Source: Bacteroidales bacterium (GTDB lineage: Bacteria; Bacteroidota; Bacteroidia; Bacteroidales; WCHB1-69). From it: a stretch of 64,000 nucleotides of DNA. The notes under the pieces are model-generated. The model saw nothing but the letters and a program-made list of their open reading frames with translations. It had not been told where the DNA came from and made no database searches. Where the stretch lies: positions 7,192 to 71,191 of the forward strand of contig JAIKWD010000021.1 of assembly GCA_024685175.1 (NCBI GenBank), given 5' to 3'. Position numbers and translations under genes: made by a program. Below are positions 34,600-45,870 of this stretch, piece after piece (the first letter of the stretch is position 1; every line of letters starts with the position of its first letter).

Positions 34600-35545
34600 G
34601 CAGGCGCTGGCCTTCGCGGATAAAGTCGCTTCTGAGACGATTGAGCTTTTTGAGTTTGGAGACAGTAGTGTGATACTTGGCGGCTATTCGACCCAGGTTG
34701 TCGCCTTTACGAACGCGGTAATAAGCCACTGAATGTTGAGGTTTGGGCGGGGCTGCTTGTGTAGGGTCATTCTGTACGGGGGTGGGAGTGGATACGCTGT
34801 ATCCAGACACGAACATCGTATCGAATTTCAAACAGAAGTTGTCGAAATCCACCAGTCGGTTGGGGTTGATGTCTTGGCCGAGATAGCGTATCTCATAGTG
34901 AAGGTGTGGACCAGTTGAGCGACCAGTACTTCCTCCCAGACCGATAATATCGCCAGCATGAACCATCTGTCCTGGGTTAACGAGACGACGGGAGAGGTGT
35001 GCGTAGTAGGTCTCCAGCCCATTGTCGTGGCGGATGACGATGAGGTTGCCGTAGCCGCCAGTGTTGCTGCCTTTGGAAATGCGCACTTGACCGTCCCAGG
35101 TGGCTGCGACTGGCGTGCCGGTGGGATAGCCGAGGTCGACACCACGGTGCATTCTGCGGTGTCTCCACCCGTAATCTGATGTCTTCTTGAAGTTGGCTGG
35201 ATGATGGTAGCCTGCCAACAATACAGTGTCGCGTGGAGCAGATCCTATGTGTTTGTAATGAATGCGGATGATGTCGAAATTTTGGTATAGATTGTAGCCG
35301 GGCATCCAGTTGAAATAGGTGAACAACATGCCATCGCCATGGTCGACGTTATCCAATGAAGCCAAATCCTCGTCGTCAATGCTCTCACCTAATGTATCCT
35401 CGGGTATGGTCGAGTCAATACGGACAGTGTCGTTAACTACGCTGAATTGTATATGGTTTTCCTGGGCCTTTGCGATGTTTGCAAAGAAGATAATAGCAGA
35501 TAATAATACTATATGTATAGTAATTCGAAGATTGTTCATTGGCAA
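34589..35545 (-). CDS. M23 family metallopeptidase with C-terminal LysM domain
   Basis: HRGVDLGYPTGTPV and GSTGRSTGPHLHYEIR (M23). YYRVRKGDNLGRIAAKYHTTVSKLKKLN (LysM). Confidence 0.85.
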   Translation of the reverse strand: MPMNNLRITIHIVLLSAIIFFANIAKAQENHIQFSVVNDTVRIDSTIPEDTLGESIDDEDLASLDNVDHGDGMLFTYFNWMPGYNLYQNFDIIRIHYKHIGSAPRDTVLLAGYHHPANFKKTSDYGWRHRRMHRGVDLGYPTGTPVAATWDGQVRISKGSNTGGYGNLIVIRHDNGLETYYAHLSRRLVNPGQMVHAGDIIGLGGSTGRSTGPHLHYEIRYLGQDINPNRLVDFDNFCLKFDTMFVSGYSVSTPTPVQNDPTQAAPPKPQHSVAYYRVRKGDNLGRIAAKYHTTVSKLKKLNRLRSDFIREGQRLRVR

Positions 35546-35563
35546 ATAAAAGTGTGAACTTTT

Positions 35564-35782
35564 TTAATAGTCGTGATGCTTGCGCGTGTTGTGCTTGCGG
35601 ATGTGGTAAGTGGTGGTCTGAGATGTCGTGGAGTTCCACTTGGCCTGACGTGTTCTTTTTTTGCTATATGTGGTTTTGGCTTTTGTGCTTCTATGAGAAG
35701 TACTGCAGGAAGTAAACGTGCCGATAAAAATTGCGCACAAAACAATCAGGACTATATGTATGAAATTATGTCTCTTTTTCAT
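35564..35782 (-). CDS. small basic putative lipoprotein (hypothetical)
   Basis: MKKRHNFIHIVLIVLCAIFIGTFTSCS, then a Lys/Arg/Thr/His-rich tail. No homology recognised. Confidence 0.3.
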   Translation of the reverse strand: MKKRHNFIHIVLIVLCAIFIGTFTSCSTSHRSTKAKTTYSKKRTRQAKWNSTTSQTTTYHIRKHNTRKHHDY

Positions 35783-35915
35783 AGTTTCGGTTTTTGGGCG
35801 GCAAATATACAATTTTTTTTGAACTTGAATTTTTAGATTGCCAAAGCCATGTTGTAGTATCTCATCACGGCCGTTTTTTTACCATAAAATGTACCATATA
35901 TAAGCGTATTTTTTG

Positions 35916-35923
35916 TATATTTG
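35916..35923 (+). promoter_or_regulatory. -7 box TATATTTG (kamD)
   Basis: Consensus match ~50 nt upstream of 35975. Confidence 0.4.
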
Positions 35924-35974
35924 CAAACTTTTTTAAAATGCTCAATTTTTATTGGAAAATATCAGTGATAAAGA

Positions 35975-37540
35975 ATGTTAGATATGAATAAAAGTAAACT
36001 GGGACTTGATTTTGCACAAGTAGATGCCGCTAAACAACTGGCGAAGAATATTGCCGGTCAAGTGCAGGAATTCGTGGACGCTTATACCACTGTGACGGTG
36101 GAGCGTACACTGTGCCGTTTGATAGGCATTGACAATGTGGATGAAAACGGTGTTCCGTTGCCCAACCGCGTGGTGGATTCTCTTTTGGAAAAGGGTGTGC
36201 TAAACCAGGGCGTGCTCTATTTTATGGGAAATGCCATCATTGAGACGGGCCTTGACCCTCAAAAGATAGCTGAACAGATTGCCGAAGGCAAGTTGGACAT
36301 TGCGACATTGAGGTTGAACGCCATCGATAAGATACAATCGGCCGTGCAGCCCTACATTGATGCCTGTCTGACGCGTATCAAGGGCAATGTGGCCAAGCGT
36401 AACGAGTACTTGAGCACCATCGGCGAGGGATCCCAGCCCTACATCTACGTGATTGTGGCCACGGGCAACATCTACGAAGACGTGGTGCAAGCCCAGGCCG
36501 CCGCGCGTCAAGGTGCCGACATCATCGCTGTGATCCGAACCACGGGCCAGAGCTTGCTCGACTATGTGCCGTATGGCGCTACCACCGAAGGCTTCGGCGG
36601 TACGTTCGCCACCCAAGAGAACTTCCGCATTATGCGCAAGGCCCTCGACGAAGTGGGAGAGGAGGTCGGACGCTACATCCGCCTGTGCAACTACTGCTCC
36701 GGTCTTTGTATGCCGGAAATCGCAGCCATGGGCGCCCTCGAACGCCTTGACGTGATGCTCAACGATGCTCTCTACGGCATCCTCTTCCGCGATATCAACC
36801 CGCAACGTACGCTGGTGGACCAATATTTCTCTCGAATCATCAACGGCTATGCCGGCGTCATCATCAACACGGGTGAGGATAACTACCTTACCACCGCCGA
36901 TGCCGTGAAAGCCGCCCACACCGTGCTGGCCTCCGATCTGATCAACGAGCAGTTGGCCCTCATCGCCGCCCTGCCCGAAGAGCAGATGGGCCTCGGCCAC
37001 GCCTTCGAGATGGATCCGATGCTTGAGAACGGCTTCCTCCTCGAACTCGCCCAAGCCCAGATGACCCGCGAGATCTTCCCGAAGGCAACCCTTAAGTATA
37101 TGCCTCCCACCAAGTTTATGACAGGCAACATCTTCCGTGGCCATATCCAGGACGCCCTCTTCAATATGATCGGCATCTGGACGCACCAGGGAATCCAATT
37201 GCTCGGAATGCCTACCGAGGCCATCCATACGCCTTTTATGAGCGACCGTTACCTCTCTATCGAGAATGCCCGTTACATCTTCAACGATATGAAGAGCATC
37301 GGCGAGGAGATGGAGTTCCGCGAAGGAGGCATCTGTCGCGAACGTGCCAAGACCGTGCTGACCAACACCATCGAACTGCTCAAGCAAATCGAGACAGAAG
37401 GTATGTTCTCCGCCCTCGAGAAGGGTATCTTCGGCGATGTGAAACGTCCGATGAACGGCGGCAAGGGCCTTGCTGGTGTCGTTACCAAAGGCGAGAACTA
37501 CTTCAACCCCTTCATCAAGATGATGAAAGAGCGCCGGTAG
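35975..37540 (+). CDS. kamD: lysine 5,6-aminomutase alpha subunit (KamD-like; ornithine-aminomutase-type large subunit not excluded)
   Basis: 521 aa, the size of KamD, and paired with a B12-binding small subunit. SKLGLDFAQVDAAKQLAKNIAGQVQEFVDAYTTVTVERTLCRLIGIDNV resembles the KamD N-terminus. An alternative ATG lies at 35984. Confidence 0.7.
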   Translation: MLDMNKSKLGLDFAQVDAAKQLAKNIAGQVQEFVDAYTTVTVERTLCRLIGIDNVDENGVPLPNRVVDSLLEKGVLNQGVLYFMGNAIIETGLDPQKIAEQIAEGKLDIATLRLNAIDKIQSAVQPYIDACLTRIKGNVAKRNEYLSTIGEGSQPYIYVIVATGNIYEDVVQAQAAARQGADIIAVIRTTGQSLLDYVPYGATTEGFGGTFATQENFRIMRKALDEVGEEVGRYIRLCNYCSGLCMPEIAAMGALERLDVMLNDALYGILFRDINPQRTLVDQYFSRIINGYAGVIINTGEDNYLTTADAVKAAHTVLASDLINEQLALIAALPEEQMGLGHAFEMDPMLENGFLLELAQAQMTREIFPKATLKYMPPTKFMTGNIFRGHIQDALFNMIGIWTHQGIQLLGMPTEAIHTPFMSDRYLSIENARYIFNDMKSIGEEMEFREGGICRERAKTVLTNTIELLKQIETEGMFSALEKGIFGDVKRPMNGGKGLAGVVTKGENYFNPFIKMMKERR

Positions 37541-37594
37541 CAATCCATAAATCTACAATTCAACAAATCAACGAAACAACAATTCAACAGACAA
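37541..37594. repeat. degenerate CAA(T/A)TCAACA words in the kamD-kamE spacer
   Basis: caatccataaatctacaattcaacaaatcaacgaaacaacaattcaacagacaa. Confidence 0.55.
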
Positions 37595-37598
37595 TATT

Positions 37599-38387
37599 AT
37601 GAGTGGTGGTTTGTATTCAATGGATCAAAAGGATTTTGATCAGACCTTAGACTTAACCCGTATCAAGCCTTATGGCGATACAATGAACGACGGCAAGACG
37701 CAACTGAGTTTCACGTTGCCTGTGCCTTGCGGCGACGAAGCCGTGGAAGCGGCCAAGCAGCTGCTCAAGAAGATGGGCTTCGATAACCCGCAGGTGGTCT
37801 TCTACAAAGAGCTTACCAATGGCTTCACCTTCGTTAACTGCTATGGCTCGTGTACCCACACGGTGGACTATTCCACCATCCACGTGCCGAAAGTGGAGTC
37901 TACGGTTTGGTCGATGCAAGAGACCGACCAGTTCATCCGTGAACATATCGGACGCAAGATCATCGTCGTGGGCGCCAGCACGGGTACCGATGCGCATACT
38001 GTCGGCATTGACGCCATTATGAATATGAAAGGCTACGCCGGCCACTATGGCATTGAGCGTTACGAGATGTTCGAAGCCCTCAATATGGGCAGCCAGGTCC
38101 CCAACGAAGAGTTTATCGCCAAGGCGGTGGAAATGCACGCCGACGCTTTGCTTGTCTCACAGACCGTCACGCAAAAAGACGTCCACATCAAGAATATGAC
38201 CGAGATGATAGAGATGCTGGAGGCCGAAGGCCTGCGCGACAAGCTGATTGTCTGTGCCGGCGGCCCTCGTATCACCCACGAACTTGCCAAGGAGTTGGGC
38301 TTCGACGCGGGCTTTGGTATGAACACCTATGCCGATGACGTGGCGTCGTATTTGGCCCAGGAAATGGACCGCAGAATGCACGCATAA
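37599..38387 (+). CDS. kamE: lysine 5,6-aminomutase beta subunit (B12-binding; KamE-like)
   Basis: 262 aa. The cobalamin base-off/His-on motif D-x-H-x-x-G is present (GTDAHTVGIDAIM), followed by a Rossmann-like B12-binding fold. Confidence 0.7.
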   Translation: MSGGLYSMDQKDFDQTLDLTRIKPYGDTMNDGKTQLSFTLPVPCGDEAVEAAKQLLKKMGFDNPQVVFYKELTNGFTFVNCYGSCTHTVDYSTIHVPKVESTVWSMQETDQFIREHIGRKIIVVGASTGTDAHTVGIDAIMNMKGYAGHYGIERYEMFEALNMGSQVPNEEFIAKAVEMHADALLVSQTVTQKDVHIKNMTEMIEMLEAEGLRDKLIVCAGGPRITHELAKELGFDAGFGMNTYADDVASYLAQEMDRRMHA

Positions 38388-38418
38388 CTAGAATGTTTGC
38401 CAATCTATGTAAGAATAA

Positions 38419-40404
<1,986 letters not shown>

Positions 40405-40501
40405 TTCAGAACAAGAGCCGGTCACTCTCACAGAAAAAGTTGAAGAGATTAAAGAAGAGGTACAACCTACAACGCCCGAAACGGCCGAGGAAACTTCTTC
40501 T

Positions 40502-41176
40502 ATGCTTGAGAATATTGTCTCTTTCAAAAATGTGAATGTGTATCAGAAAAAGATACTTGTCTTGCCCGAGATATCTTTCACCATTAAGCCAGGCGAGTTC
40601 GTCTATTTGATTGGTAAAACGGGAAGCGGTAAGTCTTCTATTCTCAAGTCATTGATTGCTGAGATTAAACCTCAAGGAGATGAAGCCTCCTTTATCGGTT
40701 ATAATCTTCTCACCTTGAAAGAGAAGCAGATTCCTGAATTGCGCAAAAAAATTGGCATGGTGTTTCAAGATTATCAGTTGATGAGCGATATGACCATCAT
40801 CGAGAACTTGATGTTCGTCTTGAGAGCAACTCGTTGGAAAGATAAAACGGCTATGCTGAATCGTTGCGAAGAGGTTCTGTCCCTCGTGGGACTTGCAACG
40901 AAGGACTTTAAGCTGCCTTCACAGCTTTCAGGTGGAGAACAACAACGTGTCTGTATCGCCCGTGCCTTGCTCAATCATCCGGATGTGATCTTGGCAGACG
41001 AACCTACAGGTAATCTTGACCCAATTACGGCTGAAGAGATTTTCCAGGTGTTTCACAATATCAACAAATCGGGAACCACGGTTCTCATGGCCACTCATAA
41101 TTTCTCTATGATAGACAAATTTCCATCTAGAACAATCTGCATTGAAGATGGAAAATTGATAGATTCAGGGGTGTAA
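40502..41176 (+). CDS. ftsE: cell-division ABC ATPase FtsE-like
   Basis: Walker A GKTGSGKSS, signature LSGGEQQRVCIARAL, Walker B ILADEPTGNLD. An in-frame ATG at 40397 overlapping the gyrB stop would add a 35-aa acidic extension. The shorter form has the usual FtsE length. Confidence 0.7.
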   Translation: MLENIVSFKNVNVYQKKILVLPEISFTIKPGEFVYLIGKTGSGKSSILKSLIAEIKPQGDEASFIGYNLLTLKEKQIPELRKKIGMVFQDYQLMSDMTIIENLMFVLRATRWKDKTAMLNRCEEVLSLVGLATKDFKLPSQLSGGEQQRVCIARALLNHPDVILADEPTGNLDPITAEEIFQVFHNINKSGTTVLMATHNFSMIDKFPSRTICIEDGKLIDSGV

Positions 41177-42087
41177 TGCTATCTATTTTAATTCCGATAT
41201 ATAATTTTGATATTCAAATTCTTGTGCATGATCTCCTGCACCAGGCTCGTCAATTGCACATTCCATTTGAGATACTTATAGAGGACGATGCTTCCACTCA
41301 AGAGGGAGTTTGCTCGGGCAATTATTCTTTGGTGGCGGAACCTGAAGTGACATATTTCCAAAACGTCGAGAATAAGGGTCGTGCAAGGGTCCTCAACCAT
41401 CTTGTCGCGGCGGCCAACTATCCCAATCTCCTCTTTTTGGACGCTAATGCCGGTATGAAGCACTCCAACTTCATCTCCCAGTATGTTCAATATGTCAGGA
41501 TACACTCTGCAATGGAAAAGCCGTTCGTGGTCTCAGGTGGAGTGGCTTATCGCGACATGATTCCAGATGCTAACTATCGTCTTCGTTGGAAATATGGTCT
41601 TGTCCGTGAGCAGAAGACCGCAGCTACTCGGAATATTAATCCTTATAGGTCTTTTACTTCTTTCAATCTCTTAATTGAGAAATCGGTGTTCCAGACATGC
41701 CGATTTGATGAAGATTCAGACGTGCGTTGTTTTGTGGATACATTCTTTGGTGAACAGTTACGAAAGAATAAAATTCCGGTAACGCACATTGATAACGAAA
41801 TGTATCTTGATGGCCTCGACACGAATGAAGGTTATCTGGCTCAACTAGAACGAAACTTGGATAACCTGCATCAGCTGGTACAAGAAGGTAAGGCCAACGA
41901 GAATTTTGTTCAGAACAATCGACTGCTTACCACCTTTTTTAGACTTAAGAAATTGCATTGTGTAGGATTGGTTGGCTTTATTCTTAAATTACTTAAGCCT
42001 GTGTTGCGCTATTTTGTGCTACAAACCTATTCCATTCGCGCCCTTGATCTGTACAAGTTGTATTATTATTGCGAAAGATCGCAATAA
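41176..42087 (+). CDS. family 2 glycosyltransferase
   Basis: LSILIPIYNF...EILIEDDAS is a GT2 N-terminal motif. The start overlaps the ftsE stop. Confidence 0.7.
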   Translation: MLSILIPIYNFDIQILVHDLLHQARQLHIPFEILIEDDASTQEGVCSGNYSLVAEPEVTYFQNVENKGRARVLNHLVAAANYPNLLFLDANAGMKHSNFISQYVQYVRIHSAMEKPFVVSGGVAYRDMIPDANYRLRWKYGLVREQKTAATRNINPYRSFTSFNLLIEKSVFQTCRFDEDSDVRCFVDTFFGEQLRKNKIPVTHIDNEMYLDGLDTNEGYLAQLERNLDNLHQLVQEGKANENFVQNNRLLTTFFRLKKLHCVGLVGFILKLLKPVLRYFVLQTYSIRALDLYKLYYYCERSQ

Positions 42088-42088
42088 A

Positions 42089-44050
42089 TCAAATTGTTAT
42101 CATTAATTGAATACGCAAGTCTGTCTTGTGAGGTTTGCCTATCGCATTAAGTCCACTGCCGATACTATTGCGGTCGATATAATGCGTATGCGCCAGGCGT
42201 AACCATAAACTCAGCCATTTGAATTTGTACCGTACCAATATATAGCCACGTACCCCTTTGTAATAGTATGTTCCGATTGTAAATGCATAGTATACGTCAT
42301 CTTCATAGGCGTAAAGTCGCTCGTCATATCTGTCAGTGTCAAAGTATGCGAAGCGGATATGCACTGAAAAATCTGGCTTTTTAATGTTGAAAGCAACATC
42401 TTGAAAGAGTAGACATCCGGAATATCGTGAATGTTGCAACGGATAATGATTGAGAATCCAGCTGACTTCCGTTTTGAGCTTTAGGAAAGATAATGGATTC
42501 TGCACCCATTGTATTCGTAATCTGTGCTTTAGATGCTCCATGAGACTTCGAGTGTACGTGTTCTCTTTCCCGTTCTCAGGTTTGTTGCGAAACTGATAGG
42601 AAGCGACCAGCTTGCTGTTTCTATTGATATCGTATTGAGTGGTGATGCCTGCATCTAAGCCTTGTACGGGTGCCTCAGTCAGATAGCTGAGCCATGTGTT
42701 ACGATAGTAGTCTAGAAAGAATCCTACTATGCAACGGCGTCCAATGATATATTGTCCTGTGAAATATAATCCAGTTTCACCTGTGTTGTGGGAACTATTG
42801 CCGAACGAACGTCCAAGTGGGGCGGAGTAGTGAGGGACGTAATATCTAAAAATGGCGGCGATCTTGAGAAGGGGAGATAAGTTGAACACTCCGCAGTGCA
42901 GCATCCCCAATGCTCCTGTTTGATTTGCTGATATCTCACCAAATATGAGTTGTTGCCGCAAAATCACATGATAGTCCATGGCAGCATTAAATCCTGTCGG
43001 GACAAAAGAGCTGGACAGACGGTCCTTGAACTTGCTTAAGGAGGTGTCAGTAGAACTATACCCCACAAATCTAGCGCTAATGCGGAAGAGCTTGTGTCGG
43101 TAAGAGAAGTCTGTGCCAAGACAGTTGTCTACATCTCCAAACTGTCGTCCGGCAAAAAGGGTTCCGATAAAGGAGGTGTTGCCTAGGGTCGCGGCAGCAC
43201 CTCGAAGGAATGCTCCTTCGTTGGTGGGCGCCACGGCTCGGATGCCGCTTGCAAAACGCCGCGCAGCATCCACGCCACCACCCTTGCCCGAAAGCAAAGA
43301 TGATCCCATGACTAGCCCCTGCCCGAAATTCAAGCGATAGTCGCCCACGGCTAATTGTTTCAAAACGCCAATGTTCTTTAGATTTAGCGAACCGGAATAG
43401 AAATCGAAGCCATAGCGTTGCTCGCCCTTGAAGAATTGCTCTCCCGCATCTTTTTCCCCTGAGATTTTTAGATAGAATCGGTCCTGAGTCTCAAAAGTGT
43501 AACGAAAACAGACATGTGCGGGATTGCCGGCGTAGTGCGTGTCGCGCGTGGTGTCGTAGCCAGCTTGCGGTTCTAGTGTTTGCCCATAGCGTAAAAGTAG
43601 ATTCGACTTGCCCTTTTTGAAAAAATTGTGGAGAAAATTCGATTTTTGAGGCGCCGGTGCTATTTGAACCAACCGCTCCAACCGCTCACGATCCAATTTT
43701 GTGAACCCTTCCACGGCATCTAATTCGTAAATGCTTACGAGTTCCCCTTGCGTCTCAATGTATAGTTGAAGCTGATAATATTGATAATCGGATAGATGCA
43801 ACACCTTTATGGCTGTCTCATAGTCCAAATTGTTTAGATTTGGCTTCCCCTTAACCCGATCCTCTTGTTGCTCTAACAACTCTTCTGAATATTCACCATC
43901 TTCTAAATCATTGTCCATGGATAATTCAAGCACATTTATTGCTTTCTCCTGCCATTGCGTGCTGTCGTTTTGTGCCTTCAACTGAGCGAAACTGCCGCCT
44001 ATAATTAAGATTATCTCAATGTATAGCCAATTGGGTAATAACTGTTTCAT
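42089..44050 (-). CDS. ComEA-like helix-hairpin-helix domain fused to a large predicted outer-membrane beta-barrel
   Basis: The ATG at 44050 gives MKQLLPNWLYIEIILIIGGSFAQLKAQ (signal). LNNLDYETAIKVLHLSDYQYYQLQLYIETQGELVSIYELDAVEGFTKLDRERLERLV follows the ComEA HhH pattern. The remainder has alternating aromatic strands and ends ...DLRIQLMITI. Confidence 0.55.
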   Translation of the reverse strand: MKQLLPNWLYIEIILIIGGSFAQLKAQNDSTQWQEKAINVLELSMDNDLEDGEYSEELLEQQEDRVKGKPNLNNLDYETAIKVLHLSDYQYYQLQLYIETQGELVSIYELDAVEGFTKLDRERLERLVQIAPAPQKSNFLHNFFKKGKSNLLLRYGQTLEPQAGYDTTRDTHYAGNPAHVCFRYTFETQDRFYLKISGEKDAGEQFFKGEQRYGFDFYSGSLNLKNIGVLKQLAVGDYRLNFGQGLVMGSSLLSGKGGGVDAARRFASGIRAVAPTNEGAFLRGAAATLGNTSFIGTLFAGRQFGDVDNCLGTDFSYRHKLFRISARFVGYSSTDTSLSKFKDRLSSSFVPTGFNAAMDYHVILRQQLIFGEISANQTGALGMLHCGVFNLSPLLKIAAIFRYYVPHYSAPLGRSFGNSSHNTGETGLYFTGQYIIGRRCIVGFFLDYYRNTWLSYLTEAPVQGLDAGITTQYDINRNSKLVASYQFRNKPENGKENTYTRSLMEHLKHRLRIQWVQNPLSFLKLKTEVSWILNHYPLQHSRYSGCLLFQDVAFNIKKPDFSVHIRFAYFDTDRYDERLYAYEDDVYYAFTIGTYYYKGVRGYILVRYKFKWLSLWLRLAHTHYIDRNSIGSGLNAIGKPHKTDLRIQLMITI

Positions 44051-44856
44051 GGTTTGTCGTTTTTGAAGAAGTAATGGATGTTGCATTGCGGCGAAAAACT
44101 TACTCTGTAGTACCAATCGGTCATTAGGCTGAATACAAAACCTTTCCAAGGTATGTGTATGCCAATGCCAGTTCTGGTCATGGAACAGATGCCGTAAAGG
44201 AAGATATATGAAGCGGGCTTGTATGTCAAATCAATGCCAATATCCAGTTCGCCAGGCAGGGCCTTTTTGCAAAATATATGTCCTATTGATGCCTCTCCAA
44301 CCCGATAACCAATATTCACCAGAAAACACATGGGAATTGGCTCGTCGCCGATTACTCCATAACATAGATGTATGGGGTTGAATAATGAGACGGAGAGGCT
44401 GATGTTGCGGCTTACTTGGTAAAATAACGAGATATCTATGGTGAACGAATGTCGAGTGGGATAGTGCTCGGCGTGATTGAGGAGGTAGACGCCACACAAG
44501 GCTACGGCTGTTTTGTCGCCGAAGCGTCGCCCATATCCAACCGTAGCTGTCAATTCCCCGAATTTGCCATACCCCTCATGCGTCATTTTGGATAAAAGGA
44601 GATTGCCGTTGTTGAATATGCCGTTGTACTCTACACTTTTGTACATCATCTCTTTGATACAAAACCTATTTAGAAAAGCTATTTCTAAATGAGAGTCTGA
44701 AAGCATGCACCTTGAGGCAGGAATATCTCGTTCCCCCACGGTGTATTGCAAGTCGCTCAGATTGATTTGGGCGACTGCAAAATTGGTTGAGAATATAATT
44801 ATGAGAGAGAATATGAGTATGCCTTTGGCGCACTCAACAAAATACATTGTTTTCAT
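44047..44856 (-). CDS. hypothetical outer-membrane beta-barrel protein
   Basis: The ATG at 44856 gives MKTMYFVECAKGILIFSLIIIFSTNFAVAQ (signal). Its stop overlaps the downstream start (ATGA at 44047-44050). No family recognised. Confidence 0.4.
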   Translation of the reverse strand: MKTMYFVECAKGILIFSLIIIFSTNFAVAQINLSDLQYTVGERDIPASRCMLSDSHLEIAFLNRFCIKEMMYKSVEYNGIFNNGNLLLSKMTHEGYGKFGELTATVGYGRRFGDKTAVALCGVYLLNHAEHYPTRHSFTIDISLFYQVSRNISLSVSLFNPIHLCYGVIGDEPIPMCFLVNIGYRVGEASIGHIFCKKALPGELDIGIDLTYKPASYIFLYGICSMTRTGIGIHIPWKGFVFSLMTDWYYRVSFSPQCNIHYFFKNDKP

Positions 44857-44986
44857 TGCGTTATAGTTTTCAGGTCGTAAACTATAACGATTGATAATAA
44901 AAAATATTGCAAAATTTTTATTAATATTTTGCAATATTTTATGGTTAAATAATAGATTTTGCCGTAAAAATGTTTACGGTAATTTG

Positions 44987-45868
44987 CTAATTCCCCTTCA
45001 GCGCTTCGGCACCGCTCACAATCTCGATCAACTCGTTGGTGATGGAGGATTGACGTGCATTGTTGTATTTGAGGCGCAGATCTCTTAGGATTTCTGTGGC
45101 ATTGTCGGTGGCTTTTGTCATAGAGATCATGCGTGCACCGTGTTCCGAGGCAATGGAGTCGCACAGGGCCTTATAGAGTTGGTTTTTGAGGATTTTTGGA
45201 ATGAGTTCCAACAATACCTCTTCGGGGGAAGGTTCAATAATATAGTCGTGTGTAGGCGTACTTTCTTCGTTGGTGTCAAGGTGTGAGATTGGCAGGAAAT
45301 CCTCAACGGTGATTCGTTGTGTGGCCGCATTGAGGAATTGGTTGTATACCAGAACGACCTTGTCGATTCTATGGTGGATGAATTCATCCATGAGAAAGTC
45401 GCAAATCTCAGCTATCTCAGTAAATTCTGGGTTGTCGAGGATGCCTTCGTGATATTGTATAACGGGGTAGATGCGGCTCAGTTGCTCGTTGCCTTTCTTG
45501 CCGATGCATATCAATTTTACGTTGCCGGCATGGTGTTGGCTTGCGTATTCGGTTTCAACGACATGATTGACCGTCTTGATAATGTTGGAGTTGAAGGCGC
45601 CGCAAAGTCCTTTATTGGACGTGATGGCGAGGATGACAACATTTTCCGGTTCTCGTTGATTGAAAAGAGGCATGTCGTCTTCGGCCTCTGAAGCGGCTGA
45701 GAGGTTGCTGAGAATCTCGCTCAACTTTTGCGAATATGGGCGCAGGTAGTGGATCGCTGTTTGAGCATGTCTCAATTTGGCGGCGGAGACAAGCTTCATG
45801 GAGCTTGTGATTTTCTGCGTCGACTCTATGGAGCTGATGCGGGTGCGGATTTCCTTTAGGCTGGCCAT
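44987..45868 (-). CDS. atpG: F0F1 ATP synthase gamma subunit
   Basis: MASLKEIRTRISSIESTQKITSSMKLVSAAKLR...ITNELIEIVSGAEAL. Confidence 0.9.
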   Translation of the reverse strand: MASLKEIRTRISSIESTQKITSSMKLVSAAKLRHAQTAIHYLRPYSQKLSEILSNLSAASEAEDDMPLFNQREPENVVILAITSNKGLCGAFNSNIIKTVNHVVETEYASQHHAGNVKLICIGKKGNEQLSRIYPVIQYHEGILDNPEFTEIAEICDFLMDEFIHHRIDKVVLVYNQFLNAATQRITVEDFLPISHLDTNEESTPTHDYIIEPSPEEVLLELIPKILKNQLYKALCDSIASEHGARMISMTKATDNATEILRDLRLKYNNARQSSITNELIEIVSGAEALKGN

Positions 45869-45870
45869 GG

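Noticed and set aside
35813-35974. Cobalamin riboswitch upstream of the B12-dependent kamDE
   Set aside because: The region is AT-rich, has no B12-box-like GCCACTG core or conserved stems, and is too short after the promoter box.
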